Shown here piece after piece: positions 27,046-33,922 of a DNA stretch of 33,922 bases. A program made the translations under genes and the position numbers. The DNA comes from an uncultured archaeon (lineage in GTDB: Archaea; Asgardarchaeota; Lokiarchaeia; Sigyniarchaeales; SOKP01): positions 1 to 33,922 of the forward strand of contig CAYLZE010000050.1 in NCBI GenBank assembly GCA_964388035.1. The letters run 5' to 3'. The notes under the pieces were generated by a model that was not told the origin of the DNA, did no database searches, and saw nothing but the letters and a program-made list of their open reading frames with translations. How positions within the stretch are numbered: position 1 is the first letter of the stretch; every line of letters begins with the position of its first letter.

Positions 27046-28224
27046 CTATATTATATTTAGCTTCTTCACAATCTTCTTTAGATCTACAAGGAATCGAGAA
27101 ATGTGTTCCTTTGTAATATGAGGCATGATCACTGCTCGAATTAAATTAAAATCCGTGAATTTTCCTAACATCCAGTTCAACTTCCTTAGCTCTTCATCTA
27201 ATTCACATATACTTTTGCCGCTTTCTGTCGTTATGCCTACAACATTCATTAGAGGTTCTGCTGCAAGTTTTACTCCTTTTATTTCTTTAATGCCATTTGC
27301 GAGAAGCATGGTATTTTCCATGCATTTTTGAACTACAGAGGTGAATCCTTTCACGCCAAGATATTCTATTATAGCCCAAAAAGCAATTACTGTACCACCC
27401 GATCGAGTTCCAACGATATGAAGATGCTTGAAATTACCCCCTGCTAAATAAGGAATTTCAAACCCTAATTTGTCTATGATTTTCTCATTTCTTAAAAAGA
27501 AGCCTCCCGAGGGGATGGCCCCCATTCCCATTTTATGAGGATCTGCGGTAATCGAAGCAACTTGCTCTACTGAAAAGTCCCACGATGGGATGGAATGACC
27601 TAACATCTTCAAAAAGGGAAGCACGAATCCGCCAAATGCAGCGTCAACGTGAAAAAAAATGTCTTTCTTATCAATTAATTTTCCTATTTTGGCAATGGGA
27701 TCCACTAATCCTAATGAAGTGGTGCCTGCAACCCCTACAACAGCACACGTATTTTCATTTATCAAGGATTTGAAATGATCTAAATCTAATTCAAAATTGT
27801 TGTTTAATTTTGCTTTTCTCAAGGTTAAATTCAAGAGGTCCGCAGCTTTATCGAAGGAGTAATGGGCAGAATTAGGTACAACAACTTCCGGGTTTTTTAT
27901 ATCTGGTCGTAGCTTTTTGGCTATTCTCATCGCAATCAGATTTGCTTCCGAGCCACCCGTAGTAAAGGTACCAATTATGTTCTTTCCATTAAATAATTCA
28001 CCAATTTCGGAAACGGTTTCTTTTTCTAAGGCTGCCGTCCCGGGAAAGAGCCCCGGATCTCCTAAGTTTTTACTCATGTATTTATGATAGATTTCCTTCC
28101 CAAATTCATGGACTTCAGTACACATCGATCCCAAGATATACCCCGAATCATACGTATGATCCGAGGACAATTTTTGTTCCAAAATTCGTATTATTTCCCT
28201 TGAATTTAATCCTTCATCTAACAT
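27046..28224 (-). CDS. mfnA: PLP-dependent tyrosine/aspartate decarboxylase
   Basis: ILGSMCT, NLGDPGLFPG, GGSEAN, HVDAAFGG, DPHKMG, GTRSG. Confidence 0.92.
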   Translation of the reverse strand: MLDEGLNSREIIRILEQKLSSDHTYDSGYILGSMCTEVHEFGKEIYHKYMSKNLGDPGLFPGTAALEKETVSEIGELFNGKNIIGTFTTGGSEANLIAMRIAKKLRPDIKNPEVVVPNSAHYSFDKAADLLNLTLRKAKLNNNFELDLDHFKSLINENTCAVVGVAGTTSLGLVDPIAKIGKLIDKKDIFFHVDAAFGGFVLPFLKMLGHSIPSWDFSVEQVASITADPHKMGMGAIPSGGFFLRNEKIIDKLGFEIPYLAGGNFKHLHIVGTRSGGTVIAFWAIIEYLGVKGFTSVVQKCMENTMLLANGIKEIKGVKLAAEPLMNVVGITTESGKSICELDEELRKLNWMLGKFTDFNLIRAVIMPHITKEHISRFLVDLKKIVKKLNII

Positions 28225-28447
28225 TTTATTTAAAATTGAAAATTAAGAATACTTAATATCATTTTTTATGAATTTCTTTAATTATTAGATGAAAAATAAT
28301 GATTTGTTTTAAGAATAATGTCTAATTTTTAGAAAAAAATTAAATAAGGTTTTAATCCTCTCTTTAAGGAAAGAAAAAAAAATTGAATAAAATTGTAGAA
28401 AAAGAGGAGGGGGAATTGCACGCTCTCCAAGCTTCCTTACTATTATC

Positions 28448-28930
28448 ATGTCAGAAAGAGATATTGACTTTTATTTTGAAGCAATTTTAGGATTAATTAT
28501 ATTCAGTTTATTATTTAGCTTTACTTTATTCGCCAATTTTTTAGATAGCTTGAATCCCGATAGTTATTTATATATCAAGTATTCTCCTGATTTTGATACT
28601 TTTATTATTTTAATCTTAATTTTGATGGATATTTTCTTCACATTATACTTTTTGAACCTTTCTTTTAATTTTAGACGTTCCCGGAATCTTAATTTAAGAA
28701 AAAATGAATTATTAATTATACATGACAAGATAAAGATTATAAGTTTCGTCTACTTGCCGCAGAAAGCCATAAAGATTTATTATTTAATTAAGTATTTCAA
28801 TACAAGCATTACTTTGTACATGTTTTTAACATTATTAATAGAGCTCAGTTTGATAAGCTTAATTTTTTATGTTTCATTTCAATTATTAAATGATCAAAGA
28901 GTATCAGAAGTCCTTGATAACGGACCCTAA
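28448..28930 (+). CDS. Hypothetical membrane protein
   Basis: 160-aa ORF with ~3-4 hydrophobic segments; very AT-rich. Confidence 0.45.
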   Translation: MSERDIDFYFEAILGLIIFSLLFSFTLFANFLDSLNPDSYLYIKYSPDFDTFIILILILMDIFFTLYFLNLSFNFRRSRNLNLRKNELLIIHDKIKIISFVYLPQKAIKIYYLIKYFNTSITLYMFLTLLIELSLISLIFYVSFQLLNDQRVSEVLDNGP

Positions 28931-29699
28931 GGATGTGAATTCTTGGATCAATCTTGCAGATGCATTTCTCGATCAAAAAAATTATGAAAAAGCAATTGAA
29001 TGTTATGAAAGGGCAGTAGCTCTCTCTCCCGATGCTTTTTCAGATGTTTGGAATAGCATGGGTCTTGCTTATTCCTATCTATCCGATTACAATAAAGCAA
29101 TTGAATGTTATAAAAAAGCTCTTGAGATTGATCCGGAAGATTCCACCATATTCTACAATTTGGGTTATGCACTGGAAGATACAGAACAGTTGGAAGAGGC
29201 TATATATTATTATGAAAGGGCTTTTGAAATTGATCCCTCAAATGTGGATGCTTTGAATAATTTGGGGTTGTTGTATAAAAATAAAGAACAATATGAGGAA
29301 GCTATTCGATATTATAAATTAGCGATTAAAATTAATCCTGATGCCCCATATTTATATCGAAATCTTGCTTTTATCTATTACGATAAGGGAGATACATCCG
29401 AAGCAATTCAGTGTTATCGGAAAGTATTAGAATTACGACCTAATCACGTAGATAATTGGTTAGATATGGGAGATTTATATTTCAACATGAAGGAGTATGA
29501 TGAAGCTATAAGATGCTTACAAAAAGCTTCAAGTCTGGACCCTGAGAATGAAGAGATTCTTTATTCCCTTAGTATTGTATACGATGAGTGCCAAAATTAT
29601 GAAATGGCGATTAATTTTTTGCAGAAAGTGTTAACAATTAATCCCGATCATGATTTAGCTAAGAATAGTTTGATCAATATACAAGGTAAACTGTCTTAA
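28890..29699 (+). CDS. Tetratricopeptide repeat protein (~7 TPRs)
   Basis: Repeated W/Y.NLG......Y.EAI.CY.KAL.I.P units of 34 aa. Confidence 0.92.
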   Translation: MIKEYQKSLITDPKDVNSWINLADAFLDQKNYEKAIECYERAVALSPDAFSDVWNSMGLAYSYLSDYNKAIECYKKALEIDPEDSTIFYNLGYALEDTEQLEEAIYYYERAFEIDPSNVDALNNLGLLYKNKEQYEEAIRYYKLAIKINPDAPYLYRNLAFIYYDKGDTSEAIQCYRKVLELRPNHVDNWLDMGDLYFNMKEYDEAIRCLQKASSLDPENEEILYSLSIVYDECQNYEMAINFLQKVLTINPDHDLAKNSLINIQGKLS

Positions 29700-29804
29700 A
29701 GAGTCATCCAAGGGTTTTAATGTAATGAACTTTTAGAGTTTCAAATTGCTTTTTTAATAATAAATCATATTAACCTTTATATATGAGCATGGTTTAGATA
29801 ATCC

Positions 29805-31112
29805 ATGAGAAGTTATAACGCTGATCTTCATATCCATGGGCCTCATTCAATTGCAGTATCTCAATCCATGAATTTAGATGCTATGGTATCCACATGCAAA
29901 AAAAAAGGTTTGGATATTCTCGGTACGGGAGATATTCTCCAACCAGAATGGCAGAAATACATGGAAAACAATTTGGAAAAAAAGAATGATACTTTTAATT
30001 ATAAAAGTACCTACTTTATTCTACAAACAGAAATTGAAGATTTGGAATCCATCCATCATGTTGTATTTTTTCCGGATTTTAATTCGGTAAAGGAAGCTCA
30101 GAAAAAATTAGGTTCTTATTCAAAAAATATCCTAAATGAATGGGGGGGAAGACCCAGGGTGAATCTTTCCCCACCCGAGCTTGTCGAAGCCTTGGATGCG
30201 TGCGGTGCAATCATTGGTCCTGCTCATGCATTTACACCTTTTAAAGCAATTTTTAGACAAAATAAATTTAAAACCTTAGAAGAATGCTATCAAGGTGCTT
30301 TCAAGATGGTAGATTTTATCGAATTAGGCTTATCCGCCAACACGGATTTAGCAGATAGGATGGAATGTCTCAAAGATGCTACCTTCCTCAGCAATAGTGA
30401 TGCCCATTCCGAAACTCCAAGATCTCTGGGTAGAGAATTTAATAGATTTTCCATGGAAACTCCCTCCTTTGAAGAATTAGAATTAGCCTTGAAGAGAAAA
30501 GAAGGTAGACGTACCGAACTTAATGTTGGGCTAAATCCCAAATTAGGAAAATATTATAAGATGTTTTGCTCCAAATGCCGCAGAAGAATTATATTTAAAT
30601 CAAATAAAAATTCAGCAAATTCCTTCTTCAATCGTTATCGGATTACTGAGGATTTCATTTTCTATTATTCTAATAATCCTCATGATTCTAGAGAGGATTA
30701 CATCCGGCAGGTATCAAACAATAAAATTTCATGCCCTGCTTGCATGGAAAAAACGGGTAAAAAACACAAAATACGATTGGGTGTAAGCGAACGCGTGGAT
30801 GTGATCTCAACTTACAAATCCCCGGAACATCCAGGGCATAGACCTCCTTATATTAATGCCATTCCTTTAGTGGATATCATACGCGCCATTAAAGGCATAA
30901 AAAGTACATCAAGCTCATCAGTTCTTAAAATATATGACGAGATGATCGAAAAATTAGGTACTGAATTTTTCATTCTCTTGGATTTGGATCTCAAAGAAAT
31001 TAAAAGATATAATGAAGAGATAGGACTTGTCATAGAAGCGTTTCGGAAAGATGAAATAGAGTATATACCTGGAGGTGGTGGCACTTTTGGGTCAATTAGT
31101 TTTAATTTTTGA
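29805..31112 (+). CDS. PHP-domain nuclease, EndoQ family
   Basis: DLHIH, GTGD, PAHAFTP, ELGLS, SNSDAHS, LGREFN, GKY..CSKC...CPAC, PGGGGTFG. Confidence 0.85.
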   Translation: MRSYNADLHIHGPHSIAVSQSMNLDAMVSTCKKKGLDILGTGDILQPEWQKYMENNLEKKNDTFNYKSTYFILQTEIEDLESIHHVVFFPDFNSVKEAQKKLGSYSKNILNEWGGRPRVNLSPPELVEALDACGAIIGPAHAFTPFKAIFRQNKFKTLEECYQGAFKMVDFIELGLSANTDLADRMECLKDATFLSNSDAHSETPRSLGREFNRFSMETPSFEELELALKRKEGRRTELNVGLNPKLGKYYKMFCSKCRRRIIFKSNKNSANSFFNRYRITEDFIFYYSNNPHDSREDYIRQVSNNKISCPACMEKTGKKHKIRLGVSERVDVISTYKSPEHPGHRPPYINAIPLVDIIRAIKGIKSTSSSSVLKIYDEMIEKLGTEFFILLDLDLKEIKRYNEEIGLVIEAFRKDEIEYIPGGGGTFGSISFNF

Positions 31113-31172
31113 TAACTAAACTATAAAGGCAAAGAAAGATTAAGAAAAAGGGTTCTCACTATTACCAATACA

Positions 31173-31445
31173 TTATATATTAAATTCTAACTCCAAGTTT
31201 AGGAGCTCACCACAGCGACAGGTCATCCAATCAAAAATTTTAAGAGATACTACCATTTCTTCCATGTTAGAACGTTTAAATCTATTCTTGAAGGTTTTAT
31301 TGAAACCGCAATAAGGACAACTTAGGTGTGCTTTGACCTCAATGACATCTTCTGCTTGGCTGGCATTTTCCAATGCTTCTATTGATTTGTTGTCATTAAA
31401 ATTAACTTCCAAAAAAATTTCCTCCTCCCAGCTTCTATAATTCAT
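31173..31445 (-). CDS. Small zinc-binding hypothetical protein
   Basis: CPYCG and CRCG pairs. Confidence 0.65.
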   Translation of the reverse strand: MNYRSWEEEIFLEVNFNDNKSIEALENASQAEDVIEVKAHLSCPYCGFNKTFKNRFKRSNMEEMVVSLKIFDWMTCRCGELLNLELEFNI

Positions 31446-31632
31446 ATGGAAACATGCATTTAAAAATCAATTCTTTTTCGTTTTTGTCGTGTTATAAAAA
31501 AGAACATTTTTTGATTTTCACTTTTTCGATAATGAATTAAATGGGGTTAATATCTACATATCACTATTGTATATTACTCGAATATTCTTTTGATATTACG
31601 TTAAAACAATAAATAAATTCTTTGTGAGAATC

Positions 31633-32784
31633 ATGGAGAAAGAAAATACTTTCCTTAATCCTTCCGACTCTATAGAACATGAAAAGCTCCCATCCATCGA
31701 ATCTAGATTTAAAGAATTAGCTAAGCTTGAATCGCAGAACCATCTTGGCGAAAAATGTGATAATGATGAATATTTAATGGACTTATTAAATGCACTAAAG
31801 ATTAGAAGCTTGATCGTGGGTGTGGGTGGCGCTGGAAATAATACCGTTTCGAGATTACAAGAGATCGGGATTGAAAACACGGAAACTTTAAATATTAATA
31901 CGGATGCTCACGATTTATTCCATTCAAATAGTGACCATAAAATTCTTATTGGGAAAGAAAGGTGCAATGGGTTAGGATCTGGAAATGATCCCATTATTGG
32001 AAAAGAAGCTGCAGAAGAAGATGCATCTCGTTTAAAAGAAATGCTAAAGTCTTGTGATCCCGATCTTGTATTTATCACCTGTGGGTTAGGAGGAGGGACG
32101 GGGACGGGAGCCGCGCCCATAATTGCGAGGGAGGCAAAGCGTTTAAATGCCCTAGTAGTTGGCTTTTGCTCCATTCCATTTAAGTCTGAAGGCCCTCAAA
32201 GAAGATTGAGAGCCAAATGGGGATTAAAAAATCTAGCAAAATATTCTGATTCCTTGATTCCTTTTCCAAATGATAATTTACTCCAATTCCTTCCAAGAGC
32301 TCCCTTATTAACCTGCTTCAAGATAATGGATGAAATTTTGGTAAAAAGTATTCGTGAAATCGTCAATTTAATTAATAATTGCGGTCTCGTGAATATTGAT
32401 TATGCTGATATCAAGAAAATTTTCATGAGACATGGTGATTACCCTTCAGGCTTAATAGGTATAACTGAATCATTAGGTAGAGAAAAAGATCTGATTTCCA
32501 AGGCTAAATTAGCTTTAAATAACCCATTGTTAAAGCCAGATATTATGAAAGTGGAAAATTGTATCGTTTCAATCACCGGTAACCATCGGTTATCTTTAGC
32601 AAAGGTTAATAAAATTATTTCTACGATTTCCGAGGAAATTCCCCAAAAAGCCCAATTAAAATTCGGTAATACGGTCGATCCCAATTTTGGGCGAAGAATC
32701 CGCATAATGGTATTAGGTAGAGGGCCAGTTTCTCCTTATGTGTATCATGCGATCAATTCAGAATCCCAAATTCCCATAAACTAA
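31633..32784 (+). CDS. ftsZ: Cell division GTPase FtsZ (somewhat divergent)
   Basis: GVGGAGNN, NTD, GLGGGTGTGAAP, PFKSEG, NIDYAD. Confidence 0.92.
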   Translation: MEKENTFLNPSDSIEHEKLPSIESRFKELAKLESQNHLGEKCDNDEYLMDLLNALKIRSLIVGVGGAGNNTVSRLQEIGIENTETLNINTDAHDLFHSNSDHKILIGKERCNGLGSGNDPIIGKEAAEEDASRLKEMLKSCDPDLVFITCGLGGGTGTGAAPIIAREAKRLNALVVGFCSIPFKSEGPQRRLRAKWGLKNLAKYSDSLIPFPNDNLLQFLPRAPLLTCFKIMDEILVKSIREIVNLINNCGLVNIDYADIKKIFMRHGDYPSGLIGITESLGREKDLISKAKLALNNPLLKPDIMKVENCIVSITGNHRLSLAKVNKIISTISEEIPQKAQLKFGNTVDPNFGRRIRIMVLGRGPVSPYVYHAINSESQIPIN

Positions 32785-32916
32785 ACTATATTACTTGCTT
32801 TTCATGTATTTTCCATGTATCTAAATGCATAAAAGTTTCTTATTTATGAAAAATATAGTTGTTACATGTTTTATTAACTCTAAATTTAAAATAATAGATT
32901 AATAGGTAAATAAACG

Positions 32917-33366
32917 ATGAATAATGTGATGCCCCGAGAGGAACTAATTAAAGAAATTCGAGATTTTTTGAATACTAGAAAAATTCTTGTTTTATGCACT
33001 TGTTCTGATAATATCCCAAGAGCAACACCCATGGATTTTTACATGGATAAGAATGCTGAGGACTTTACAATATATGTAGGTCCTGCTCCCGGGAGAAAAG
33101 TTGATAATATTAGAAAGAATCCTGTTGTAAGTATAGGAATTTATGCCCCCTTGGACTCAGGAAAAATACAAGGAATGCAAATTACTGCATCGGGAAAAGA
33201 AAGACTCATTTTTCTGCAAGAGGATGATCCTAATTTTAAACAAGCTCAAAAAATAGTTAGAGGTAAGAGAAAATTAATTTTAAAAATCATCCCAGAAAAG
33301 ATTGAGCTATTGGATTATGATTTTATAAAAAAAGGTTATAGTAGATATCAATCCTTAACCCTATAA
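32917..33366 (+). CDS. Pyridoxamine 5'-phosphate oxidase-like (split-barrel flavin-binding) protein
   Basis: LCTCSDNIPRATPM, RKVDNIRKNPVVSIGI, GMQIT. Confidence 0.8.
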   Translation: MNNVMPREELIKEIRDFLNTRKILVLCTCSDNIPRATPMDFYMDKNAEDFTIYVGPAPGRKVDNIRKNPVVSIGIYAPLDSGKIQGMQITASGKERLIFLQEDDPNFKQAQKIVRGKRKLILKIIPEKIELLDYDFIKKGYSRYQSLTL

Positions 33367-33792
33367 TTTTAATTTATCTGTTTCATTAGATATCTCTCTT
33401 GGTCTTGAGATTCCTTTAGAATCCTCGTTAGAATTCAATTTTTTTTTTAAATTCAAGAGCTGAGCAAAGAGCAAGGAAAATAGATCTTCATTTTGGCTCA
33501 TGTCATTAATCATCTTGGACATTTCATTAAATTCCACGCAAGCTAATTCAATCAAATCTTCAAGCGAATTAATCTCATGATCAATTAAAATAATATCCTC
33601 ATGACAGACCCGATTTAATCTTTTTGTTAATCCCGTAATAGCACCCACTAAATATGCAATTTTAAGATTATCTTTCTTTTCAGTTAATAAATGCTCATCG
33701 ATATTTTCTAATCTCTCGATTAAATCTCTCAGAAATTCCGCTGAAGTAGTAATCATCTTACCTTTAGTTGTTTTCTCTTTTTCAAATTTCAT
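33361..33792 (-). CDS. Hypothetical helical protein
   Basis: 143-aa ORF with no motif I recognise. Confidence 0.55.
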   Translation of the reverse strand: MKFEKEKTTKGKMITTSAEFLRDLIERLENIDEHLLTEKKDNLKIAYLVGAITGLTKRLNRVCHEDIILIDHEINSLEDLIELACVEFNEMSKMINDMSQNEDLFSLLFAQLLNLKKKLNSNEDSKGISRPREISNETDKLKL

Positions 33793-33922
33793 GACATTTA
33801 AGGTACGAAAAAATTATACTTTAGTAGTAAAAATTTTAGGATTCCCTTTATTTTTATGATTGATAAAAACAGATTATTTAATCAGATTTTATTCGAGAAT
33901 CATGGTTGATCCTAAACTAAAC

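Noticed and set aside
28893-28921. Possible 22-nt BHB intron (helix AUCA/UGAU, AA|G and AA|C) that would fuse the membrane ORF to the TPR ORF
   Set aside because: The removed segment encodes EYQKSLI, which fits the TPR consensus in the downstream frame. The intron stem is only 2 bp, there is no exon helix and the length is off the ~29-nt class.
419-32705. Numerous short antisense or nested ORFs from the track (e.g. 419-664, 938-1138, 2383-2601, 15337-15699, 17020-17268, 30290-30541, 31908-32174)
   Set aside because: They overlap well-supported genes on the other strand or frame and have no recognisable motifs.
1-33922. CRISPR array, integrase/IS element or rRNA
   Set aside because: No regularly spaced repeats, recombinase/transposase motifs, tRNA 3'-end duplications or rRNA-like sequence seen.

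Overview
AT-rich archaeal chromosome segment, most consistent with an Asgard (Lokiarchaeia-like) genome. This is an inference from the archaeal dnaG, the S19e-PDCD5-L39e-L31e-eIF6-LX-prefoldin-ftsY-secE cluster and several longin/roadblock-like proteins. The window also holds yhbY/rpp21/nep1, two tRNAs, four tandem multi-TM + longin-like genes, a Thermotoga-type inositol catabolic cluster (iolG, transporter, iolM, iolO, iolN), mfnA, a TPR protein, an EndoQ-like PHP nuclease and ftsZ. Main result: three protein-coding genes that look broken (dnaG, iolM, iolN) are each interrupted at or beside a conserved motif by a 29-37 nt insertion. Each insertion folds with its exon boundaries into a bulge-helix-bulge (BHB) motif, the substrate of the archaeal tRNA splicing endonuclease. 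Cutting at the BHB-predicted positions restores both the reading frame and the motif. The two tRNAs (Gly-TCC, and a cryptic Phe-GAA) each carry two BHB introns of 28-30 nt. The window therefore appears to show one class of ~29-nt micro-introns shared by tRNAs and mRNAs (7 in 34 kb). Splicing is predicted from sequence only and needs transcript confirmation.
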